DNA of 10,198 nucleotides from Trueperaceae bacterium. GTDB taxonomy: Bacteria > Deinococcota > Deinococci > Deinococcales > Trueperaceae. Every line of letters begins with the position of its first letter. Position 1 is the first letter of the stretch. The stretch spans positions 5,155-15,352 of the forward strand of contig JBBDRK010000078.1 in NCBI GenBank assembly GCA_040905465.1. The letters run 5' to 3'. Shown piece after piece: positions 1 to 8,051 of this stretch. The notes beneath the pieces were generated by a model. It had not been told where the DNA came from and made no database searches. It saw only the letters and a list, made by a program, of their open reading frames with translations. The translations under genes were made by a program, and so were the position numbers.

Positions 1-633
1 GCCGAGATCAAGAGGGCGAGCCCGTCGCAGGGCGCAATAGCCGAGCTCGATCCGGCTAAGGCGGCGCAGGCCTATCAGGCGGGAGGCGCCCGCGCTCTCA
101 GCGTGCTGACCGAACCGCGCCACTTCGGCGGCGACCTTGGCCACATCGGCCTGGTAAGGGCGGCGTCGTGGCTGCCGGTGTTGCGCAAGGACTTCACAGT
201 CCACCCGGCGCAACTGCGAGAGGCGAAGTCTGCCGGCGCGTCCGCGGTCTTGCTGATCGTGGCCCTGACCGCCGGCCTCACCGGAGCCTACCTGCGCTAC
301 GCGCGCGGTCTGGGACTCGACGCCCTGGTCGAAGTACACGACGAGGCGGAGCTCGACCAGGCTCTTGCGGCCGGCGCGGAGATCATCGGAGTGAACAACC
401 GCGACCTGCGCACGCTGGAGATCGACCTGGAGACGGCGCCGCGCCTCATGTCGCGGGCTCGCCTGGCAGGATTCGACGGTGTTCTGGTGGCGGAGTCGGG
501 CTACCGCAGCGGCGACGAGTTGCGTGACTTGAGCGGCCTCGCCGACGCGGTACTGGTAGGGACCAGCCTTGCCGGCTCGGGCGACCTGGAGGGGGCGATG
601 AAGCGGCTGACGGCTGTTACCAGGGCCCAGTGA
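1..633 (+). CDS. trpC: Indole-3-glycerol phosphate synthase (5'-truncated by the window edge)
   Basis: Frame 1 is open from base 1: [11 protein letters not shown]...[11 protein letters not shown]...LPVLRKDF...LVEVH...IGVNNRDL...VAESG...AVLVGTSL, all canonical IGPS motifs. TGA at 631-633. The ORF-track start at 103 is internal. Confidence 0.97.
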   Translation, partial: AEIKRASPSQGAIAELDPAKAAQAYQAGGARALSVLTEPRHFGGDLGHIGLVRAASWLPVLRKDFTVHPAQLREAKSAGASAVLLIVALTAGLTGAYLRYARGLGLDALVEVHDEAELDQALAAGAEIIGVNNRDLRTLEIDLETAPRLMSRARLAGFDGVLVAESGYRSGDELRDLSGLADAVLVGTSLAGSGDLEGAMKRLTAVTRAQ

Positions 634-684
634 GGCCGGTTGATCGGGCGAGGGCTCACAGGAGTCCACCGGATCCAGTGAGGT

Positions 685-690
685 AAGGAG
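685..690 (+). promoter_or_regulatory. Shine-Dalgarno site of the SDR gene
   Basis: AAGGAG 5 nt upstream of GTG 696. Confidence 0.75.
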
Positions 691-695
691 ATCGC

Positions 696-1400
696 GTGGG
701 AGCAAGAGGAGAGACGGAGAGACACGAACGGGTTGCGCTGATAACCGGAGCCAGCTCGGGAATCGGCCGTGCGGTTGCCCTGGCCCTGGCGGAGGCAGGC
801 TGGTCGTTGCACCTGAGCGGCCGGGACGGCGATCGGCTGCGGGAACTGGCAGCCGGCTTGCCGGCTGCCGAGGTGCACCCGGGCGACCTGAGCGACGATC
901 GCTTCGTCGGCACATTGGCAGAAGCGTTGCCGGCGGAGTTGACGGCGCTCGTCCATAGTGCGGGTACCGTAAGCCTGGGCCGCTTCGATGAAGCGGCGGT
1001 GGAAGACTTCGACCGCCAGTACCGGGTCAACGTCCGCGCGCCCTATCTGCTCACCCAGCTCTTGCTGCCGCAGCTGCGTCGAGGGCGGGCGAGTATCGTG
1101 TTCGTCAACTCGGGAGCGGGGAACAACGCTCGCGCCGCTTGGGGTCAGTACGCGGCGTCCAAGCACGCCCTGCGCGCGCTGGCGAACTCGCTGCGCGAGG
1201 AGGAGCCCGATCTGCGGGTGACCAGCGTCTATCCCGGACGCACCGCCAGTCCGATGCAGGCCGAGGTCCACCGGATGGAAGGCCGAGATTACGAGCCCGA
1301 CTCGTTCATGCAGCCGGACGACGTCGCCCAGGAGATAAGCCTGCTCTTGCGGCTGCCTCGCCGGGCCGTGGTGACCGACCTGTCGATCCGGCCGAGTTGA
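696..1400 (+). CDS. Short-chain dehydrogenase/reductase (classical SDR, probably NADP(H)-dependent), substrate unknown
   Basis: TGASSGIG Rossmann motif, SGRD after beta2, HSAG (NAG variant), catalytic Ser (VNSGAG), YAASK and VYPG motifs. 234 aa with a good SD. Confidence 0.93.
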   Translation: MGARGETERHERVALITGASSGIGRAVALALAEAGWSLHLSGRDGDRLRELAAGLPAAEVHPGDLSDDRFVGTLAEALPAELTALVHSAGTVSLGRFDEAAVEDFDRQYRVNVRAPYLLTQLLLPQLRRGRASIVFVNSGAGNNARAAWGQYAASKHALRALANSLREEEPDLRVTSVYPGRTASPMQAEVHRMEGRDYEPDSFMQPDDVAQEISLLLRLPRRAVVTDLSIRPS

Positions 1401-1452
1401 CCCGTCGGAAACCAACGGCGTCCGGACCACGGGCCCCGGTTGCGGGTGCCGA

Positions 1453-1458
1453 TATACT
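1453..1458 (+). promoter_or_regulatory. Putative -10 element for a leaderless transcript of the first M16 gene
   Basis: TATACT lies 7 nt before ATG 1466 in a GC-rich background, and there is no SD upstream of that ATG. Confidence 0.65.
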
Positions 1459-1465
1459 CGCAGCC

Positions 1466-2734
1466 ATGACCGTTGCCGACAACACCGAAATTCGTTCCCG
1501 GAGACTGGACAACGGAATCACTCTGGTCTTCGAGCAGATGCCGTGGCTTCATAGCCTGAGCGTCGCCTTCCTGCTGCCGGTCGGCTCGGTCACGGACCCG
1601 GCCGACCGGGAGGGCAGCGCCACCGTTCTCTACGACTGGCTTTCGCGAGGAGCGGGCGACCGGAATTCGCGAGCCTTCAACGATGAGCTCGATGGACTGG
1701 GTGTGCGCAGGGGCGGTGGCGCCGGCCGTGAAACAACCAACCTCAGCGCATCCATGCTGGCTCGTTCCCTACCGGCCTCCCTGCCGCTGCTTGCAGACAT
1801 GCTTCGCCGTCCGCGCCTGCAAGACGAGGAGTTCGGCAGCGCCCGCGAACTCGCCCAGCAGGAGCTGGCGTCGTTGGACGACAGCCCGTCTCAACGGTTG
1901 AGCGAGCTGCTGGCCAGACGCTACTTCACGTCGGCCCACGGCCGCAGCTTGTATGGCACCGAGCAAGGGCTTGCGGCACTGGATCCCGAGGCGGTCCGAG
2001 CGGACTATCGGGGCCGCTATGCCCCGGAAGGAATGGTGATCGCGGCCGCCGGGGGCGTGAGCTGGGAAGAGCTGTCCTCCGAGGTCGAACGAGCCTTCGC
2101 CGACTGGCGAGGCGCCCCGCCTGCGGTTCCCGAGGTGGCGACCGAAACGCCGCGCCGGCACCACGTCGAGGCGGATACCAGCCAGGTGCACATCGGGCTG
2201 GCCTACCCGGGTCTGCCACCGCAACACGACGACTGGTACCGGCAGACGCTGGCGATGAACGTTCTGTCGGGCGGGTCGGGCAGCAGGTTGTTCATGGAGG
2301 TCCGTGAGAAGCGCGGTCTCGCCTACAGCGTGCACGCCTATACTCGCGCCCTGCGAGGCTACGGCTACGTGCTGGCTCGCGCCGGCACCACCCCGGAGCG
2401 GTCGGACGAGACACTGGACGTGATGCTGGCCGAGATCGGTCGCCTGGGCTCGGGCGTAGAGGCGAACGAGCTGGAACGGGCACGAATCGGCATCCTTTCG
2501 CAACTGGTGATGCAGGGTGAGTCGAGCGGATCGCGCGCCTCGGCGCTGGCCAACGACATGTACCTGCGGGGAGAAGGCCGCAGCCTCGCCCGGATAAAGT
2601 CCGCCATTTCGGCGATCGGTCTCGACGACGTAAACTCCTTCCTGGCCCTCCAGAGCGTGCCTCAGCCGACCGTGGTAACACTCGGTCCGGCCAGCTCGAC
2701 GACGGCTACTACCGTGGCCCCGACGGTGGCCTGA
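1466..2734 (+). CDS. M16 (pitrilysin/insulinase-like, M16B) peptidase family protein, non-catalytic subunit
   Basis: Starts MTVADNTEIRSRRLDNGITLV, a typical M16 N-terminus. The HXXEH position is replaced by VLYDW. C-domain has VLSGGSGSRLFMEVREKRGLAYSV. The start is placed at ATG 1466 because the ORF-track start at 1139 overlaps the SDR gene. Confidence 0.9.
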   Translation: MTVADNTEIRSRRLDNGITLVFEQMPWLHSLSVAFLLPVGSVTDPADREGSATVLYDWLSRGAGDRNSRAFNDELDGLGVRRGGGAGRETTNLSASMLARSLPASLPLLADMLRRPRLQDEEFGSARELAQQELASLDDSPSQRLSELLARRYFTSAHGRSLYGTEQGLAALDPEAVRADYRGRYAPEGMVIAAAGGVSWEELSSEVERAFADWRGAPPAVPEVATETPRRHHVEADTSQVHIGLAYPGLPPQHDDWYRQTLAMNVLSGGSGSRLFMEVREKRGLAYSVHAYTRALRGYGYVLARAGTTPERSDETLDVMLAEIGRLGSGVEANELERARIGILSQLVMQGESSGSRASALANDMYLRGEGRSLARIKSAISAIGLDDVNSFLALQSVPQPTVVTLGPASSTTATTVAPTVA

Positions 2735-2741
2735 GGTTTCG

Positions 2742-3979
<1,238 letters not shown>

Positions 3980-3983
<4 letters not shown>

Positions 3984-4786
3984 GAAGCCGCCGCCCGGGC
4001 CGAACCCTCACCACAGCCAGCGGTCGCTCGGTGCGCCGATCTCGCGGCGGCCGCCGGGCACCGATCGCCTGGCTGGCCCTGCTGGCACTGGGCATGCCGG
4101 TTGTCTCCAATGGGGCGATCGCGGTTGCGCAGGTGGCCGCCGAGGGGGAGGTATCGGCTACCGATCCCGGCCGGGAAGCAGCGGCAAAGACTGCGGCAGA
4201 TGGGCAGGAGGCCTTCTCGGGGCTCACGGTGATCGCCTTCGGTGAGCAGGAATTTGACATAGTCACCGGCATAACTACCCTCCCCGAGGGCGGCCAGGTC
4301 GTGGACCGCGAGCATGGAGTAACGCTGACGGCGGAAAGCATGCGTTACCGCGAAGGCGACTTCGTGGAGGCGGAGACGGTGGAGGTGTCGGGCCGCTTCG
4401 GTACGGCCCGCTCCGACCGAGTGTCGATCGACCTGGCCACCGCTGTCGTCGAGGCGTCTGGCAATGTGCGCTTCGAGCGTGAGGAGTTGCGGCTGCTGGC
4501 TGCCTCCCTGCGTTACGACGTGGATGCCGCCATCGTCGAGTTCGAGGGACCTGTGACGGGCGAAGGGGTGGAACTCGAAGCAGCCGCTATGTTGCTAGAT
4601 GCGGATAGCGGCTCTGTCCTGCTGATCGGGCCGTACCGCTATCAGGACGAGCTGTTCGAGCTCAGCTCGGAGCGGGAGGGGGCGCTGTTGTCGTTGACGC
4701 CGGCAGAGGACGAATCCGGCAGGATGGTCGCGTCGAGTCGTGTCGATCCAGAGCTGATCGACCGGCTCGGGCCGTACCTGCCCTGA
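3980..4786 (+). CDS. Exported or membrane-anchored beta-jellyroll protein, LptA/LptC/OstA-like (start codon uncertain)
   Basis: Basic N-terminus followed by a hydrophobic segment (IAWLALLALGMPVVSNGAIAVA). Repeated OstA-like beta units: TLTAESMRY, ARSDRVSIDLATAVVEASGNVRF, LRLLAASLRYD, LEAAAMLLD. GTGA overlaps the upstream stop, and the gene lies next to the lptD-like gene. Confidence 0.62.
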
Positions 4787-4797
4787 GAAAGCTCGGA

Positions 4798-6765
4798 GTG
4801 GTTACCAGAACCGCAACGCCTCGGACCCTGCCCGTCGTTTGCCGCGTGGCGGCGCTGCTGGTCCTCATCCTGGTCGTGACGACCGTCCAGGCTCAATGCG
4901 ACCTCTCGCAGGAACCGACCAGGCTGTCGGTCGAGGGTTTCGGCACCGCTTACTTCCAGGAGTTCGAGACGGACGCCGCCAGGAATCGCGTGGACCTCAG
5001 CGGTGGAGTGTGCATCACCGGGGAAGACGCGCGCTGGACCATCCTTGCCGAGAGCGCTTCCCTGAGCGGGCTGAGGAACGCAGAGCAGCTACGCGCGGAG
5101 ATAATAGGGGCGGTCCTGCTCTACCAGGACTGGCGCGTCGTCGCCGAGATGCTGCGGTCCGACGGCGTCACTCTGGAGATGGAGCAGGTCACCTTCAGCG
5201 GGCGTGGCGTCGTGGGCAGCGCCGCGGTGCTGGCACTCGACCTCCGGTTGGGCAGAACTGTCGCCGGCGGGGTTCGGGTCCTGGGCCGAAGCTTCCGGCT
5301 GGAGGCCGAATCGGCGGAACTGGTGGGGGACGCGGTCGACCTGCGTACCGTTCTCATCACCACCTGTACCTGCCCGGGGCGGCCTTTCTACGTAGTGACC
5401 GGGAGCGAGGCTCATCTCGAACTCGATGCGCAGAGGCTGGACGTGGGCAACGGCTACCTCAGTCTGGCGGGCCTGCGGCTGCCGCTGGCGCCGGAATTCC
5501 AGTTGAGCGGAGCGGCGTTCGAAGAGCTGTCGCTGCCGGTAACCCTCGAGTACCGGCCGGGCAACTCCGGCACCGGTTTGGGAGTGGTGGTGCCCGACCT
5601 GGAACTGGACGAGGGCCTGTCGCTGGAGATGGGGCTGCTGGGGCTCGATGACGACAACCCGCTCCAGGCGTTCGCGCTGGCCCACTACCGCAGCAAGAGC
5701 GTCAACTTCACCGTCGGCCGTGCTCGTGGCGGCCCCCGCGCCGATCTGGTCGTGGTGGAGCCGCTGGCGCCAGCGCTCGACGCCTCGTTCGCCATCCGCA
5801 ACAGGCATGAGGCGGCCAGCGACTATCTGCACGAGGGGGTCCTGTCGCTGGCCGCCAAGCCGGCGGCGGTTGCCCTCGGCCAGAGCAGCAAGCTGAATCT
5901 CAGCGGCGAACTGTTCGCGGCCGCCAGCGCACAGGAGATCGCTGGAACGGCTGTGGTCTCGCCGCGCCTGGGGGCGCTCGCCGGCGTTGAGCTCGCCGTG
6001 CCAACCGGTCCGGGCGCTACCATGACCGTCGGGCTGGAGGGGCGCCTGACCGACTATCCGGCGCTGAACGCCAGCCAGTTCGGCGTGTCCCTGCGCAGCG
6101 GCTGGCTCTATCGGCGAGGTCCGTGGACCCTCGATCTGCGACACAATCGGCTGTGGACGGACTCAGGTTCGCCGTTTTCGGTAAAACTGGACCGCCTGTT
6201 GCCGCAAAACGAGGTAGAGCTTCACGCGGCGGTAGCAGGAGCGGTGGCGGGGAGCCTGACGGGCAATGCTCACCTCGATCTCGAGTACGACCTGTTGATG
6301 GTGGGAAACGCCGTCCCCAACGGGCTCGAGCGGTTGGGCGCTGCGGTCTCGCTGAGCTATCCGCTCGGCGGTTGGACGATGGGATTTCGTGGCAATCTCG
6401 AGCTCGCCGGTCTGCTCGATCCGGACCCCCCGGGCCGCCGGCGTGCGTTCGTTCAGACGGAAGTGACTGCCGAGCAGGGCGACTGGGAGGCAGGCGCCAA
6501 GGTGCGGTACGACCTGCGGAGCGCCCAGCAGGGCCTTTCGCTGCTGGAAGCGAGCGTCGCCGTTCCGCTCGAATATAAAGGGGGGACCCTCACTCCGTAC
6601 GTGGCACTGGATTTCGCGCCGACCCTCCTGCGGCATGAAACCCCCCGCCTCTCCGGACACGGCGTCACGCTGACCTGGCGCTCGTGCTGCGGAACGGTAA
6701 AGGTCGGCTATCGCCAGCAGGACAGCTCGTTCGCCACGACTTTCGGCTTTGCGCTGGAGCACTGA
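4798..6765 (+). CDS. lptD: LptD-like outer-membrane protein (N-terminal jellyroll plus C-terminal beta-barrel)
   Basis: Signal peptide ending VQA then QC. Jellyroll-like N-domain ending in ITTCTCPGRPFY (LptD TTC..P motif), amphipathic beta strands, C-terminal WRSCCGTVKVGYRQ resembling the LptD SCC...VGY segment, and terminal FGFALEH. Confidence 0.72.
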   Translation: MVTRTATPRTLPVVCRVAALLVLILVVTTVQAQCDLSQEPTRLSVEGFGTAYFQEFETDAARNRVDLSGGVCITGEDARWTILAESASLSGLRNAEQLRAEIIGAVLLYQDWRVVAEMLRSDGVTLEMEQVTFSGRGVVGSAAVLALDLRLGRTVAGGVRVLGRSFRLEAESAELVGDAVDLRTVLITTCTCPGRPFYVVTGSEAHLELDAQRLDVGNGYLSLAGLRLPLAPEFQLSGAAFEELSLPVTLEYRPGNSGTGLGVVVPDLELDEGLSLEMGLLGLDDDNPLQAFALAHYRSKSVNFTVGRARGGPRADLVVVEPLAPALDASFAIRNRHEAASDYLHEGVLSLAAKPAAVALGQSSKLNLSGELFAAASAQEIAGTAVVSPRLGALAGVELAVPTGPGATMTVGLEGRLTDYPALNASQFGVSLRSGWLYRRGPWTLDLRHNRLWTDSGSPFSVKLDRLLPQNEVELHAAVAGAVAGSLTGNAHLDLEYDLLMVGNAVPNGLERLGAAVSLSYPLGGWTMGFRGNLELAGLLDPDPPGRRRAFVQTEVTAEQGDWEAGAKVRYDLRSAQQGLSLLEASVAVPLEYKGGTLTPYVALDFAPTLLRHETPRLSGHGVTLTWRSCCGTVKVGYRQQDSSFATTFGFALEH

Positions 6766-6798
6766 GCGGGTCGCGGGCGGCTCCGGCCGGTCGCGGGG

Positions 6799-6804
6799 TA
6801 TAGT
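6799..6804 (+). promoter_or_regulatory. Putative -10 element of an internal promoter for the LptF/G gene
   Basis: TATAGT in the 129-nt intergenic gap, about 90 nt upstream of GTG 6895. Confidence 0.55.
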
Positions 6805-6822
6805 GTGCGACCGTAGTTCAAC

Positions 6823-6845
6823 CTGGCCGGAACTCGGCCAGTTTT
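6823..6845 (+). terminator. Possible weak intrinsic terminator or attenuator hairpin
   Basis: CTGGCCG-GAACT-CGGCCAG (7-bp perfect stem) followed directly by TTTT. The U-tract is short. Confidence 0.35.
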
Positions 6846-6894
6846 GCCGTTCAAGACACGGCCGAACTCAGTTACCGATAGAGGCGATTACGCC

Positions 6895-8013
6895 GTGAAG
6901 AGAGTCGACCGTTACCTCCTGGCAGAGAGTCTGCCGCCCCTGCTGTTCGGACTCCTCCTGTACAGCACACTGGCCGTCGTCAGCATGACCATTCCGCGAC
7001 TGCAGTGGGTCATCGGCGTTCCGCTGGCCGACCTGGGAGCGTGGCTGGCGTTGCAGTATCCGACGGCGGTCGTCCAGACTCTGCCGATCGCGATCGTGCT
7101 GGCCGTGCTGCTCGCCTTCGGCCGCTTGGCCACCGCCAACGAACTGCTGGCGATGCAGGCAGGCGCGATCTCGTTGGGCAGAATCAGCAGGGTGTTCGTG
7201 GTGCTAGGCCTCGTCGCCGCCTGCGCGGCGTTGGCGCTGAACCAGTGGGTCCTGCCGGACGCCAACGCCCGCGTCGGCAGCCTCTACTGGCGGCTTACCT
7301 CGACCGGCAGCGGACTCTTCCGCCTGGCCAGCCAGAGCATACCGGTCGACGGCTTCACCCTCAACTTTGGCAAGGTAGACAGGCGCAGCGACGAGATGTT
7401 CGACGTGCGCGTCGAACGCTGGGACGGCCGCTCGGTGTCGCTGGTATTCGCGGACCGGGCCGTGTTCGAGCCACGCGGATTGCGTCTGTACGGCTACCGG
7501 ACGATGGCCCTGGACCTGACGGCGCTCGAGGCCGGCGAGGCGAACTCGGGCAGCCGGTTGGTGCGCGCGGATAGCCGCGGCTCCGACTCCGATGCCAGCC
7601 TCCTCCTCACCATGTCGACGGGGGCGGACGAGTTGATCACCCGCTTCAGCAGCGGCGGTTTCGAAGATCCCCGGTCGATCTCCGGCGCGTATCGCGCTGC
7701 CAACGACTCGAACCTTCCGGCACGGGAGCGTCAGAACGCGGCGGTGCTCTTCCAGCGCAAGCTGGCGGAGCCGTTCGCCAGCCTGGTGCTCCTGCTGGTG
7801 GCCCTGCCGCTGTCGCTCAATTACGCCCGCAGCCGCAGCGTGGCGTTCGGCCTGTCGTTGGTGGTGACGCTGGCCTGGTATCTGCTGCTGACGCTCGGGC
7901 AATTACTCGCTCAGACCGGAGGGGTTCCGGTATGGCTGGGCGTGTGGCTGGCGAACCTGATTCTCGGATCGACCGGGCTGATTCTCCTGGCCAGGCGCGT
8001 TGTCCCGCGCTGA
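6895..8013 (+). CDS. LptF/LptG (YjgP/YjgQ) family ABC permease
   Basis: MKRVDRYLLAESLPPLLFGLL start, FGRLATANELLAMQAGAISLGRI (family 'NEL.A...G.S' motif), and 3 TM + periplasmic domain + 3 TM ending FQRKLAEPF...WLANLI. GAGG SD at 6881-6884. 372 aa from GTG 6895. Confidence 0.92.
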   Translation: MKRVDRYLLAESLPPLLFGLLLYSTLAVVSMTIPRLQWVIGVPLADLGAWLALQYPTAVVQTLPIAIVLAVLLAFGRLATANELLAMQAGAISLGRISRVFVVLGLVAACAALALNQWVLPDANARVGSLYWRLTSTGSGLFRLASQSIPVDGFTLNFGKVDRRSDEMFDVRVERWDGRSVSLVFADRAVFEPRGLRLYGYRTMALDLTALEAGEANSGSRLVRADSRGSDSDASLLLTMSTGADELITRFSSGGFEDPRSISGAYRAANDSNLPARERQNAAVLFQRKLAEPFASLVLLLVALPLSLNYARSRSVAFGLSLVVTLAWYLLLTLGQLLAQTGGVPVWLGVWLANLILGSTGLILLARRVVPR

Positions 8014-8031
8014 TCGGATTCCCTGTCTGGG

Positions 8032-8040
8032 TGCTAGACT
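8032..8040 (+). promoter_or_regulatory. Putative extended -10 promoter (TGnTAGACT) of rel
   Basis: TG-C-TAGACT 11 nt upstream of ATG 8052 in a locally AT-rich gap, with no SD. Confidence 0.55.
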
Positions 8041-8051
8041 TTAACGTCTAG

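Noticed and set aside
1139-1465. 109-aa N-terminal extension of the first M16 ORF in the ORF track
   Set aside because: It overlaps the SDR gene in another frame and is low-complexity R/G/A/P sequence. M16 homology and a -10 box point to ATG 1466.
1466-2734. First M16 gene as a pseudogene because it lacks HXXEH
   Set aside because: The ORF is full length and intact and retains the R/Y motif, which fits a non-catalytic partner subunit.
6807-6870. tRNA-like look: GCGACCG-TA-GTTC-AACCTGGCCG-GAAC resembles an acceptor 5' strand plus D-arm, and GTTCAAG resembles a T-loop
   Set aside because: The T-loop-like motif is about 12 nt too close, there is no proper anticodon arm, and there is no downstream 3' acceptor strand (the complement lies upstream). 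It cannot form a cloverleaf.
6844-6894. TTG 6844 as the start of the permease
   Set aside because: No SD, and family members typically begin at 'MK..DRY', matching GTG 6895, which has a GAGG SD. Not fully excluded.
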